Shown here one piece after another: positions 29,608 through 38,828 of a DNA stretch of 64,000 bases. The DNA comes from Escherichia phage UGJNEcP1. The notes under the pieces are model-generated. The model made no database searches, was not told the DNA's origin, and saw only the letters and a list, made by a program, of their open reading frames with translations. The stretch is taken from sequence record OV754623. One strand, 5' to 3'. A program made the position numbers and the translations under genes. Each line of letters begins with the position of its first letter. Within the stretch, counting starts at the first letter, position 1.

Positions 29608-30132
29608 TCATTTTAGCAAAATAAAATCAACTTGTTCTGCCAATGAACGTCTGAACATTAATTGACAACTTCCAAGGATGAAATCAGGTGCTTCATAGAC
29701 CGCGATGTAGTATCCTTTAGCTTTCAAGAGTTCAACATCCACCTGGTCATCAAACCATGCATAGACCGCGTCAACACTTTCAAATCCAAAATAGAACTCT
29801 TGAGCCCAATCTTCGCTCAATTCAAATGTGTGCTCAATTCTATGGTATCTTAAGGTATTTTGTTCAAGGAGTTTGTCTTCATTTACTGTAGGACGATTAG
29901 GGACATTATAGTTGTCGCCATGATGGTAGAAGTTACCTGAGAGTATTCCATGCTTATCAAGGAACTCCCATGTTTCTTCAGAGTTGTCGGTGCCCGACCA
30001 ACCGTATGGCGAACGAGGTTCTTTATTCCAAGAGGTTTCCCAAATTCTGACGGCTTTACCGTCTTCAATAGCAATTCCTGGTAATGATTCACGTTGAGTA
30101 CAAAAACTACGTTCTACTCGGTAAACTAACAT
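29608..30132 (-). CDS. hypothetical protein
   Basis: 174-aa ORF with an early promoter upstream. Confidence 0.5.
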   Translation of the reverse strand: MLVYRVERSFCTQRESLPGIAIEDGKAVRIWETSWNKEPRSPYGWSGTDNSEETWEFLDKHGILSGNFYHHGDNYNVPNRPTVNEDKLLEQNTLRYHRIEHTFELSEDWAQEFYFGFESVDAVYAWFDDQVDVELLKAKGYYIAVYEAPDFILGSCQLMFRRSLAEQVDFILLK

Positions 30133-30158
30133 ATTATTCTCCTCTGGTTGATATGGTT

Positions 30159-30187
30159 ATAATATCAAAACCAGAGGAGAAGTAAAC
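30159..30187 (-). promoter_or_regulatory. early promoter flanked by an inverted repeat
   Basis: plus gtaaac 30182-30187 and ataata 30159-30164; arms cctctggtt/aaccagagg flank the -10 region. Confidence 0.45.
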
Positions 30188-30191
30188 AACT

Positions 30192-30611
30192 TTATGCAAA
30201 AGATGCTGGACAATATTTTTTGATTTGGAACTCAGGAACTACCATGAACTGACCAGCAAAAACAATGTTATAAAGCTTGACGCCATCTTCAACCCATTGG
30301 TCACTGATGAACCCAGCGACTTGATTCGTTGTCCACGGTGTTCCGTCTGTCGCAGAGGCAATGGTGAACTTGTGGTCTTTTACAACTAAAACCGATCTGC
30401 ACAGTTTCCATTTGAACGCTTTTTCTTCCGGTTCAATGAATTGGCTTTTAACGTAACCAATGTTACCATCGGCGTCACGAACTTTAATTTCGTTACGTCC
30501 AAAAACAGGATCACTCACATAAAGAACTTCAACCAACTTCCCGGCAACTTTAGAGCGAGAAGCATCCGATACGTGTACATAATCACCAATAGAGAGATTT
30601 GCAATATTCAT
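30192..30611 (-). CDS. paralog A of a three-member tandem family (shared C-terminal DQW.EDG domain)
   Basis: 139 aa; C-terminus GFISDQWVEDGVKLYNIVFAGQFMVVPE shared with the two upstream ORFs. Confidence 0.6.
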   Translation of the reverse strand: MNIANLSIGDYVHVSDASRSKVAGKLVEVLYVSDPVFGRNEIKVRDADGNIGYVKSQFIEPEEKAFKWKLCRSVLVVKDHKFTIASATDGTPWTTNQVAGFISDQWVEDGVKLYNIVFAGQFMVVPEFQIKKYCPASFA

Positions 30612-30620
30612 AATAATTCC

Positions 30621-31085
30621 TTAAGCTTTACGAGGAGACACATAGCGAGTGATTTCAGATTCTTCAACAACTCGGAAGTCACCTAAGAATACAATATTGT
30701 ATAGCTTTTTACCATCTTCAACCCATTGGTCGCTGATGAAGCCGCACATAGTATCAGTTTTGCTTGGATAACCGTATTCGTCGATGTAATCAAATTCTTT
30801 ATCGGTTATAAATTCAACGCCTTTGCAAAGGGCCCATTTGAACTGTGTAGTAGGCTCAACGATATCGCTTGAAGCAAATTGGACTCGTATATGTTTTTCC
30901 AGGAATTTAGGACTTACGTAAGCATACTGGGCATCTTGTCCGCCAAAACTCGGGATGATTCGAACTTTAACTTCTTTAACACGTCCCATGCCGTTAGTAC
31001 GAAGCCCTGCTACTTCAACCAGACGACCTGCAGCTTTAGAACGAGAAGCAGGAGATACACGAAGGATTTCACCAATAGTAATCAT
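30621..31085 (-). CDS. paralog B of the tandem family
   Basis: ORF 30621..31148; likely start at MITIGEIL; N-terminus parallels paralog A and C-terminus GFISDQWVEDGKKLYNIVFLGDFRVV. Confidence 0.6.
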   Translation of the reverse strand: MITIGEILRVSPASRSKAAGRLVEVAGLRTNGMGRVKEVKVRIIPSFGGQDAQYAYVSPKFLEKHIRVQFASSDIVEPTTQFKWALCKGVEFITDKEFDYIDEYGYPSKTDTMCGFISDQWVEDGKKLYNIVFLGDFRVVEESEITRYVSPRKA

Positions 31086-31115
31086 AATTTCTCTCTCTTT
31101 GTTTAAATTGAATTC

Positions 31116-31144
31116 ACTATACTCCATCCATCCTTGGATGTACA
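31116..31144 (-). promoter_or_regulatory. early-type promoter in front of paralog B
   Basis: minus strand TGTACA-TCCAAGGATGGATGGAG-TATAGT; spacer nearly identical to the promoter in front of paralog C. Confidence 0.4.
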
Positions 31145-31147
31145 ACA

Positions 31148-31642
31148 TTAATTAAGGATATTAACCACAGCACTACGTGGAACAACACTAAAATCACCAG
31201 CATGAACAACGTTAATAAGTTCAACACCATCTTCAATCCACTGGTCAGTTACCCATCCACTCACTGGACCTGCGAACGGACGTCGAATTGAAACGGCTTT
31301 ACACAACAAATCAGTAGGCTCAATAGGCTTAATCAGAGTACCGTACATACAAGCGATGTCCATATCAAAGTGGAGACCATCTTTAACAGGTGCTTCTTCA
31401 ATCAACAGTTCAAAGTCTGTGCTTGGAAGGGCGGTAGTAGAAATTGTACCGTATGAATTTTTAATTTCTAAGAATAACCAAGGGCCTTCAGCTTGTTTGA
31501 TGAAGTTAACAATAGTGAAACTATTACCTTGAGTGGCACCTAAAATTTCACAAAACTTTTCATAAGCTCGCACTGAAGCACCGTACCAATTGATTTGTTT
31601 TTCGTCTTTCAGGATGTAAGTAGCCGTAGTATTGATATTCAT
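31148..31642 (-). CDS. paralog C of the tandem family
   Basis: 164 aa; distinct N-terminus but shared C-terminal GWVTDQWIEDGVELINVVHAGDFSVVPR. Confidence 0.6.
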   Translation of the reverse strand: MNINTTATYILKDEKQINWYGASVRAYEKFCEILGATQGNSFTIVNFIKQAEGPWLFLEIKNSYGTISTTALPSTDFELLIEEAPVKDGLHFDMDIACMYGTLIKPIEPTDLLCKAVSIRRPFAGPVSGWVTDQWIEDGVELINVVHAGDFSVVPRSAVVNILN

Positions 31643-31673
31643 AATGTTTTTCCTGTTTGGTTAAGATAGAAAG

Positions 31674-31703
31674 ATTATACTCCAACCATCCTTGGTTGTA
31701 AAC
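31674..31703 (-). promoter_or_regulatory. early promoter in front of paralog C
   Basis: minus strand GTTTAC-AACCAAGGATGGTTGGAG-TATAAT. Confidence 0.5.
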
Positions 31704-31707
31704 TGTT

Positions 31708-32385
31708 TTATCGCTGTTTTACACTTAACGGGTCAGGATTCTCAGGGACATCTTCAAGGCCAAGCGCATAACGCTGGGCATATTTTAACATCAAAATATC
31801 TTTAGCACAATCATGAATACTATCATGGGCAACGAATCCTTTTAGCGTACCCATCGGTAATGGACACATACTTAATCCTCGTGTCAACGAGTAAGCTTCG
31901 ATTGCCGTACGAATATCACGTTGAGCCCAGAATTTAACAGGTTCTAATTTATCAGTATCAATATCTGGTTCAAGAACACCTTCATCACGATAGAGGTCAC
32001 GAATCAAATCGACCAAGATTGGGAAGTCAAAGCTCATACCACGACACCACATCTGTGATTTCCATTGGTCAACTTTATTAGCTCGACAATAATCTAAAAA
32101 GATTTTAATGCCTTCAAGCGTAGTGACATCGTCTTCAGACGGAGCCAAGTTTTTACGTGCTTCAGCCGATTGTTCTTTCCACCATTTCATAGTTGATTTA
32201 GCGAAAACTCGCTTCCCTTTCTGAGAAGCTAAATTAAATTTAATTCGCTTACCTCGTTGAACAAGTTCTTCGAATGATTCAACAACTTCAGGGTCGGAAT
32301 TATATGCAATAACCGCAAGGTCAATAACGGCCGCTTTTGATGTATTGCCGAATGTTTCAAAATCTATAATAACATCAGTGCTCAT
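31708..32385 (-). CDS. dexA: exonuclease A (DEDDh 3'-5' exonuclease)
   Basis: 225 aa (T4 DexA 227 aa); IIDFETFG Exo I motif and C-terminal H..D motif; synteny next to dda. Confidence 0.8.
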   Translation of the reverse strand: MSTDVIIDFETFGNTSKAAVIDLAVIAYNSDPEVVESFEELVQRGKRIKFNLASQKGKRVFAKSTMKWWKEQSAEARKNLAPSEDDVTTLEGIKIFLDYCRANKVDQWKSQMWCRGMSFDFPILVDLIRDLYRDEGVLEPDIDTDKLEPVKFWAQRDIRTAIEAYSLTRGLSMCPLPMGTLKGFVAHDSIHDCAKDILMLKYAQRYALGLEDVPENPDPLSVKQR

Positions 32386-32394
32386 AATTTTCTC

Positions 32395-33708
32395 TCAAAT
32401 AAAATGGACGTCAAACCGACCACGAGTTGTGCCGACATACAATAACTGTTTAGCTAATTCTGAATCGGCATAATGGATACACGGTGTATAAACAAAGGCC
32501 GTGTCAACAGACATACCCTGGGCCTTATGGAAGGTTGATACAGGTAGTGCCTTCACCTTAGTGAACATACGTTTAGCATCCCAGAATTCGCTCCATGGAG
32601 CTTTACCACCTTTATTCCAGAATTTGTATGTTTCTGCGGTCTTAGCCAAAAACAAATTGAATTTATAAAGCTCTTCTTCAGAAGAAATAACCTTTATATC
32701 TTCGCGGATGTATTCTTCATCATCCCCATATGTTTCTACTGTAAGATTCCAGTATCGTATCATATATTCGCCTGAAACACCACGTGCTTTAACGAATGTA
32801 GACGTTTCTACAGCATCTCGAATACGAACGAATTGCCCGTTATTGAAAAGCATTTCAGTCATATTTTTGCCATCTAGCTTGTACGTCTTAGTAAATGGCT
32901 CTTGTAGAACAATGACTTCGTCTTTAATAAATGGTTTTTCTGTTTCAAGAAGTTTTCGGCGAATAATTGAATTTAACTTGTCCACCGACTTATTTGTGAA
33001 TGCCATCATTCGATTTTCGAAAAGGTCTTCAGGAGTTTTAACGACGTTAAAATAGTTCATCATATACGATTTAAGGTCTGTATATCCATGAACACCGTGT
33101 CCATCAACTACTTTATCGTAAATCCATTTGCCATTACGAATATCAGTCGCAACATCAATAATTGGTGCATTGCTACGTTTAACTTCTGTAAGGTTGCATT
33201 GCACGAAGTCTTTGTGAGTGAAGAAAGGACTTAGATACGCAGTTGATTCGCCTGGGTCTACCGGACGAATCTGGCATCGGTCGCCGATTCCAATTACTGT
33301 ACACCATTTAGGGATACTAGCTAACATTATTTTAAACAGAGAACGGTCGCACATTGACGCTTCATCAAATAACAGTACACGACACAAGGCTAAGTCGGGA
33401 ACCTTTTTCTGTTCAAACAATACGTTTTCTTCGTATGTAGTTGGGTTGATTTTAAGAATGCTATGAATAGTCGATGCTTCTTGACCCGCAAGTTTGCTTA
33501 GAACCTTTTTAGCAGCATGTGTAGGGGCTGCTAAAATAATACCTGATTCTCCAGAAGAAATAAGGGCTTCAACGATGAATCTAGTAAGGGTTGTTTTACC
33601 TGTACCAGCAGGTCCATTAATAGTTACATGATGTTTCTTTTCTTTAATAGCTTTCATAACAACGTTGAAGGCGTTTTTCTGGCCTTCAGTCAAATCATCA
33701 AATGTCAT
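32395..33708 (-). CDS. dda: Dda DNA helicase (SF1B)
   Basis: 437 aa; MTFDDLTEGQKNAFN.VMKAIKEKKHHVTINGPAGTGKTT and downstream motifs match T4 Dda as recalled. Confidence 0.95.
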   Translation of the reverse strand: MTFDDLTEGQKNAFNVVMKAIKEKKHHVTINGPAGTGKTTLTRFIVEALISSGESGIILAAPTHAAKKVLSKLAGQEASTIHSILKINPTTYEENVLFEQKKVPDLALCRVLLFDEASMCDRSLFKIMLASIPKWCTVIGIGDRCQIRPVDPGESTAYLSPFFTHKDFVQCNLTEVKRSNAPIIDVATDIRNGKWIYDKVVDGHGVHGYTDLKSYMMNYFNVVKTPEDLFENRMMAFTNKSVDKLNSIIRRKLLETEKPFIKDEVIVLQEPFTKTYKLDGKNMTEMLFNNGQFVRIRDAVETSTFVKARGVSGEYMIRYWNLTVETYGDDEEYIREDIKVISSEEELYKFNLFLAKTAETYKFWNKGGKAPWSEFWDAKRMFTKVKALPVSTFHKAQGMSVDTAFVYTPCIHYADSELAKQLLYVGTTRGRFDVHFI

Positions 33709-34016
33709 CGTAAAGTCCCTGCAATTGGAATACTAACAATACGGCCTGTGTCCAGAATTCGTTGATACAATCTTTGCGTCTCCGCATCTAGTTTAACGTG
33801 TTTCATTTCAAGCTTATTAAACCAGAACTTACGCGGAGTTTCGACCATTCTTAGAGCTCCCATTTTTAAATCTGTTTTATACTGTGTTTTCAAAGTATCG
33901 AAAACTTTATCTGCAATATCCTTTCTAAAAAATACTGCAGGACGATGCTCATCAAGTGGAACCGGGACAGTAAATCCTTCCATATCTCGATAAACTATTG
34001 CATATACATAAACCAT
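33705..34016 (-). CDS. hypothetical protein (dda.1 position)
   Basis: 103-aa ORF with ATGA overlap with dda. Confidence 0.5.
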   Translation of the reverse strand: MVYVYAIVYRDMEGFTVPVPLDEHRPAVFFRKDIADKVFDTLKTQYKTDLKMGALRMVETPRKFWFNKLEMKHVKLDAETQRLYQRILDTGRIVSIPIAGTLR

Positions 34017-34018
34017 AA

Positions 34019-34765
34019 TTAACCTTTAATCAGTTGGAATAATGATGCGCTAAGTGGTAAGCCACGTTTCAATTTTAATTTACCAATGAAACCAATCTTT
34101 TCAAAACGTTGCAGACCTTGGATAACTTTATCATATGTATCGAAAAGCGATTCAGCGTCAGTTAATTTAGTTTTAGTTTTCCAGTCAGAGCCTTTAAGAA
34201 GAACGTTGAGTTTAGTAAGTTCATGGCCTTCTGCTTGATGTGAGCCGTTAATGCGTGCTTTCAAAGCAACAATTCTAAGTTTAGATTCGTTAGATAAAGG
34301 TTGATTTTTCATCATGTTCGCCATATGCTTAACACGATTTTCACGTTTTGCTCGGATTTTTAAAATAGTACCATAAACCTTTTTAATTTGGGCCCATTTC
34401 TTCTCGTCGAGATTAAGTTTCTCTACTTTACGAACAGAAGGATTAGCGATACGTCTTGCAATAGCATCACGTTTCTCAATAAGTTCTTCTAATGTTAAAT
34501 CAGAACGAGCCGTGTTATATTTTTTCTTAACTGGGATAACATTACCTTTAATGTAGCCTATATCATTATTAAAACGTTCTAAGGATAATTTCTCACCTTC
34601 AACAGAGTTATTGAAAGATTCACCTGAGTAAGCGCAGACCTTTTGATCAAGAATGTTTTTAAGGTAATTAAAGTCTAAGTTAAAATCCTTAGAGCGTCTC
34701 TTCGCAGAAGCTCTGGTGTGGTCAAGACGACGATTGATTTTGTTAATTTTATTATTTGATAACAT
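34019..34765 (-). CDS. hypothetical basic protein (srd position)
   Basis: 248 aa, Lys/Arg-rich; T4 srd (about 250 aa) occupies this slot; identity unverified. Confidence 0.5.
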   Translation of the reverse strand: MLSNNKINKINRRLDHTRASAKRRSKDFNLDFNYLKNILDQKVCAYSGESFNNSVEGEKLSLERFNNDIGYIKGNVIPVKKKYNTARSDLTLEELIEKRDAIARRIANPSVRKVEKLNLDEKKWAQIKKVYGTILKIRAKRENRVKHMANMMKNQPLSNESKLRIVALKARINGSHQAEGHELTKLNVLLKGSDWKTKTKLTDAESLFDTYDKVIQGLQRFEKIGFIGKLKLKRGLPLSASLFQLIKG

Positions 34766-34918
34766 AATATTTTCCTCTGTCTTACGGACGTTAAGGTCAT
34801 TTAGCTGATAAGCTTATAATATCATGCCCTCAGGTAGTGTACACTCTTTTTTCATGAAATGCTTTAATTTTTTATGTGTTATAATGGTTCTGAGTTCCAT
34901 CCGGTTATTCCAATTCAG

Positions 34919-35527
34919 TCAGTAACTGACAATAGACAGATTCCAGATTGTATAACGTCCATCCTGAATAATAGAATCTACACACAGTGTAGTCCCTATA
35001 GGGAGCATAAATTCACATTCGTCAGATATAAGTCTAGCATTAGACCGTCTTGTCGCTTCAGGGAAAGCTCCATTGAACTCACAAGATGGCGCAGCCAGAA
35101 TCATGTTAAGCATATGTTCACGGAAGTTGAAAGCAAATGGTGCATCTTTGATGCAGAACATATTAAATGTTCCGTAAAAATTATACGAAGCAAAGTTACG
35201 TGCTACACCGAACACTGGGCTGAAGCTCATTACTCTGTCAAATTTAATAATACTACCAATGCCTTTATCATCGAGTGTGGCCATAGTTTTCTTAGAGATT
35301 CCACGATACATTGTCTCAGGAACAGAAGACGTCCAATTTCTACGAACGATTGAACTTAACTCCTGTTGAATACAGTCTGGCTTGTTTTCCATACACTGCC
35401 AAAGGACACTTTGTTCAATGTCGCTGAATTGACTATCAATTTCGTACTGCAATACATCTTGATATTCGGGGTTTTGAGCACGACGAACCATTTCTTCAAT
35501 TTCACACTCGTTATACGGCATAAACAT
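34919..35527 (-). CDS. modA: ADP-ribosyltransferase, ModA/ModB family
   Basis: 202 aa; R-S-E-type ART motif candidates MYRGI, FSPVF, SDECEF; tandem with a paralog; T4 modA/modB lie after srd. Confidence 0.6.
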   Translation of the reverse strand: MFMPYNECEIEEMVRRAQNPEYQDVLQYEIDSQFSDIEQSVLWQCMENKPDCIQQELSSIVRRNWTSSVPETMYRGISKKTMATLDDKGIGSIIKFDRVMSFSPVFGVARNFASYNFYGTFNMFCIKDAPFAFNFREHMLNMILAAPSCEFNGAFPEATRRSNARLISDECEFMLPIGTTLCVDSIIQDGRYTIWNLSIVSY

Positions 35528-35584
35528 TTTGGTTTCTCCTGTGGTTGATAAAGGTATAGTATCATCATCGGAAGAGTTTGTACA

Positions 35585-36166
35585 CTAAAAATTCAACATT
35601 TTCAAATGAATGATTTTGTATAATCGAGATAAAGGGTCATACTCTAACTCTTCGATTTCCACAATCTCAAATCTAGAGATACTTGAAACCATGTACTCTT
35701 GTTCAGATTCAATCATATCTAGGACATCAACACGTGTTTCTTCCATAACATGCTTAGGGTTCTTTCCGGCGAGTACAATATTAACCATGTTTTGGTAGTA
35801 ATCAAAAATGAATGGAGCATTCCTGAGACTAAGAATAGTGTACGTCTGATATTCCCATCTCCCAGAGAATTGACGAGCTGTACTGAAATCAGTTGTGAAC
35901 GATGTTACTCGTCCAGGAGACCAATGGCATCCAACAGAAAGAAGTGAAAGACGTTCTACTTCTTCTGGAGTTACACCACGGTAAAGTTCTACTGGTACTG
36001 TAGAAGTCATATGCTTACGAACAAGATGGTCTAATTCATAGTGGAAATCCGGGTCTTCCTTAGAATCGGTGCAAGCCCAGAGAATGTTTTGTTCTTGGCG
36101 GGTGAATTTGTTATCAATAAGATTTGTTAGGTATTCACGTTCTTGAAGTTCAGATTGACATGTCAT
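35585..36166 (-). CDS. modB: ADP-ribosyltransferase, ModA/ModB family (second paralog)
   Basis: ORF 35585..36199; LYRGV, FSTA, ESEQEY motif candidates; paralogous to the adjacent ORF. Confidence 0.6.
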   Translation of the reverse strand: MTCQSELQEREYLTNLIDNKFTRQEQNILWACTDSKEDPDFHYELDHLVRKHMTSTVPVELYRGVTPEEVERLSLLSVGCHWSPGRVTSFTTDFSTARQFSGRWEYQTYTILSLRNAPFIFDYYQNMVNIVLAGKNPKHVMEETRVDVLDMIESEQEYMVSSISRFEIVEIEELEYDPLSRLYKIIHLKMLNF

Positions 36167-36383
36167 GATAGACCTCCATTTAAAGATAAAGCCTATCATA
36201 ACACGAGAGGAGGGAATGTAAACTACTTTTTAAGCTTTCCTACTAAAGGACCATCAGGACCAGGTTGTTCTAACATGAATAACGATGCTTTAAAAAGCAA
36301 TGTCAACCCTTTCACCATTCGATACCATGTCTCAAAGTCTTTTTCCTTAATTTCTAGTAAGAATTTCTCTTTAAATTTCTCTT

Positions 36384-36572
36384 TCATTTCCAAGGACTCC
36401 ATGGTGGAGGGTCGTCATAATAAGATGCAAGGTCTTTCAGGGCTTCAACAGGTAAACTAAAGCCATGACGCTGTATAATACTATCTAGTTCATCAACAAG
36501 TTCACTACGATGCACTTTAGGAGCCTCAACTTCAGGCTCGTCAAACATACTCATAAGGTCCATATTATTCAC
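36384..36572 (-). CDS. hypothetical small acidic protein
   Basis: 62-aa ORF. Confidence 0.4.
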   Translation of the reverse strand: MNNMDLMSMFDEPEVEAPKVHRSELVDELDSIIQRHGFSLPVEALKDLASYYDDPPPWSPWK

Positions 36573-37029
36573 CTAAATAAAAACTAGGCTGCTCGGAGAA
36601 TGTTTCTAGCGCTACACCTTTTGTCTTAAAAAATTTCCAAATAGCTCGTTGCAAATGGATTAAATCTGCTAATGATGTAATAAAGTATTTTTTGGCAAAA
36701 TATTTATGGTCTCGCTTTTCAAACAAGTCTAAACGCTTTTCAGGATTCACATAAACGGCATTTTCCGTAGATTCATAACCTAAGTCCTTTATGCCTTCTT
36801 CAAGACTAAACGGAGAATTTTTAGAACGAGTAATAGCTCCAACTCGCTCTACACGAATTTTGTAACCTTTAGGAATCTGCAATTTGCAGAATTCTTCTAC
36901 GATATATTGCGGATTATTTAGACTTTTGTTAATGAGAATAGCTATTTCTAGTGGAGTCTTATCTTCCACTGGTATATGTTTAAATGACTTGGCTTCAAGC
37001 AAATACATTTTAAATAACATAGCATCCAT
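36565..37029 (-). CDS. hypothetical protein
   Basis: 154-aa ORF, overlapping start/stop with neighbours. Confidence 0.5.
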   Translation of the reverse strand: MDAMLFKMYLLEAKSFKHIPVEDKTPLEIAILINKSLNNPQYIVEEFCKLQIPKGYKIRVERVGAITRSKNSPFSLEEGIKDLGYESTENAVYVNPEKRLDLFEKRDHKYFAKKYFITSLADLIHLQRAIWKFFKTKGVALETFSEQPSFYLGE

Positions 37030-37208
37030 TATAATTTCCTCGATGGTTCACCCATATAAAGTTTTACAATACGTTCGCCTTCATCTTCGACGAGCTTTTC
37101 TTCATGTTTCTGGAATTCTTTAGCCATATTCTCTTCAAGAACATCCAGCCAATCTTCTGGACCGACACCATCGTCCCAGCTTTTAAACCATTTAACTATC
37201 TTGTTCAT
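37029..37208 (-). CDS. hypothetical small protein
   Basis: 59-aa ORF MNKIVKWFKSWDDGVGPEDW...; TAATG overlap with downstream gene; below track cutoff. Confidence 0.4.
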   Translation of the reverse strand: MNKIVKWFKSWDDGVGPEDWLDVLEENMAKEFQKHEEKLVEDEGERIVKLYMGEPSRKL

Positions 37209-37393
37209 TCGCAGCTCCCTGAGCTTGAATCACAATCAGAATAACTTGACCCAGAATCACCAGACCAAGACGATACATATGAATGATTATAACTTGAAGA
37301 GTTTGAAGCAGACTTAGGACGAATAACTTCTTCCATCATTCCGTCACCGATATATTCCCAACTTTTTTCGTGTGTATCAGGAATAGGCATCAT
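37205..37393 (-). CDS. hypothetical small protein with Ser/Tyr-rich tail
   Basis: ORF 37205..37516 trimmed to internal MMPIP start to avoid overlap; C-terminus SSYNHSYVSSWSGDSGSSYSDCDSSSGSCE. Confidence 0.3.
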   Translation of the reverse strand: MMPIPDTHEKSWEYIGDGMMEEVIRPKSASNSSSYNHSYVSSWSGDSGSSYSDCDSSSGSCE

Positions 37394-37406
37394 ACCTTCG
37401 CCTGGT

Positions 37407-37634
37407 TTAACAGCAAACAACTTCTTCAGTATCGTAAGCATTAATTGTTCCTCGAACAAAACGAACACCACCATTATCCCAGCGGATTTCGGCATTAAAT
37501 TTGACGTCTTCACCATCCATCATGAATGAGTGTACGACTACATCATCGTAATATCCAAGACCGTATTTCAACGAAACTTCTTGAGCAATCAAAGCACCTA
37601 ATGTGTTATTAGGTTTAATCCAACGATTTAACAT
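37407..37634 (-). CDS. hypothetical small protein
   Basis: ORF 37407..37703, likely start at internal MLNRW. Confidence 0.35.
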   Translation of the reverse strand: MLNRWIKPNNTLGALIAQEVSLKYGLGYYDDVVVHSFMMDGEDVKFNAEIRWDNGGVRFVRGTINAYDTEEVVCC

Positions 37635-37712
37635 ATTGTTCTCCTCTTGAGTAAGTAAGAATATCTTAACACAGTTTTTAGCGGTTGTAAACTGTAGAAA
37701 CAAAAAAAAAAA

Positions 37713-37730
37713 GGAATCCCGAAGGATTCC
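37713..37730 (-). terminator. UUCG-tetraloop hairpin terminator after soc
   Basis: minus strand GGAAUCC-UUCG-GGAUUCC followed by a run of 11 U. Confidence 0.7.
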
Positions 37731-37738
37731 TAAATTAT

Positions 37739-37975
37739 TTAACCACTTACTGGTGTAGGGGTAAACATTGCAGCGTTCTTAGTTTTCCAGTCAGCTGCAT
37801 CAGAAACTACAGTAGAATAAGCTGCCTTTTCAGAAGGAAAGGTCTGATAATGAGAATCTGCAATCCGATGTTCGTTTGAATAAATCTCAAACGGTACAGA
37901 AACTTCCATACCTTTAACTTCTTTGCCTTCACCAGCCGGACGTGTAAAGGTTTTGATATTAACGTAACCACCCAT
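37739..37975 (-). CDS. soc: small outer capsid protein Soc
   Basis: 78 aa; GYVNIKTF and HYQTFPSEKAAYSTV match T4 Soc as recalled. Confidence 0.85.
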   Translation of the reverse strand: MGGYVNIKTFTRPAGEGKEVKGMEVSVPFEIYSNEHRIADSHYQTFPSEKAAYSTVVSDAADWKTKNAAMFTPTPVSG

Positions 37976-38020
37976 AATTAACTCCTTTGTTGTTTAATTA
38001 CAGGTGTATTTATAACTTAA

Positions 38021-38557
38021 TCAGTAACCATTATCCTGACGTTCAAAGTTGTGTTGGTTTTTCAAGTAGTAAAGTTTAAAGATTTCTTCTGCAGTGAGTC
38101 CAAGACCCTGGAACATATTCAGAACAAAGTGGAGGATATCAATCATTTCAAATTTAATTTCAAGCTGGTCTTCAGGAGACAGTTCATCGATACGACGATT
38201 TCGATATTCAGCATGTTGTGCTTTCCAAGGCTTCCATACAGAGCTAGCGGCTTTTTCACCATTGCTCATACCACCGAGTGAAGTCAGCAGTTCACGGAAT
38301 TCATCATCAATATAATCTTTCTGATTACGCAGCCAATCAACAACATCACCAGCAGTGGCCAATTCATCAGGATGTTTGTTATGTTCAGGCTTGTCATTTG
38401 CCAGACGAACCTGTAAAGATTTCTGCATATCAAGCATTACCTGCAGTGGGTCTTTATCTTCGTGAATCAGAGCATTAAAATAAGCTTCTTCCGCTTTATC
38501 AACACCAGAAATAAGTTGTGAACATTCGTTAAAGTGTGCCATTATTTTTCCTTTCAA
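38021..38557 (-). CDS. 56: dCTPase/dUTPase gp56 candidate (all-alpha NTP pyrophosphatase)
   Basis: 178 aa (T4 gp56 171 aa); acidic E..E....E..D-like pattern; synteny between soc and 61. Confidence 0.55.
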   Translation of the reverse strand: MKGKIMAHFNECSQLISGVDKAEEAYFNALIHEDKDPLQVMLDMQKSLQVRLANDKPEHNKHPDELATAGDVVDWLRNQKDYIDDEFRELLTSLGGMSNGEKAASSVWKPWKAQHAEYRNRRIDELSPEDQLEIKFEMIDILHFVLNMFQGLGLTAEEIFKLYYLKNQHNFERQDNGY

Positions 38558-38630
38558 TTCAGTATAAGAGAGTTAATTTTAACATTAATTTTATAAAGCG
38601 TAATAAATAATAGGTAACTAAGGAGATATT

Positions 38631-38828
38631 ATGTTTAAACTTCCATCGTTAATCAACGCTATTAAAGGCAATAAAAAGAAAACTGCTATCGCTGCAATAG
38701 TTGTAGGTGGCATTATTTCATGGAACTTCGGGATTGCACCATTGTTAGTTGCCCATGGTATTATAGTTCCTTCTGTTCCATTGGATACTGTAGTTGATTT
38801 GGCCTTTGCTATTATAGGGCTTGTTTAA
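38631..38828 (+). CDS. hypothetical small membrane protein on the plus strand
   Basis: 65 aa, two hydrophobic segments; AAGGAG SD 7 nt upstream of AUG; opposite orientation to its neighbours. Confidence 0.35.
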   Translation: MFKLPSLINAIKGNKKKTAIAAIVVGGIISWNFGIAPLLVAHGIIVPSVPLDTVVDLAFAIIGLV

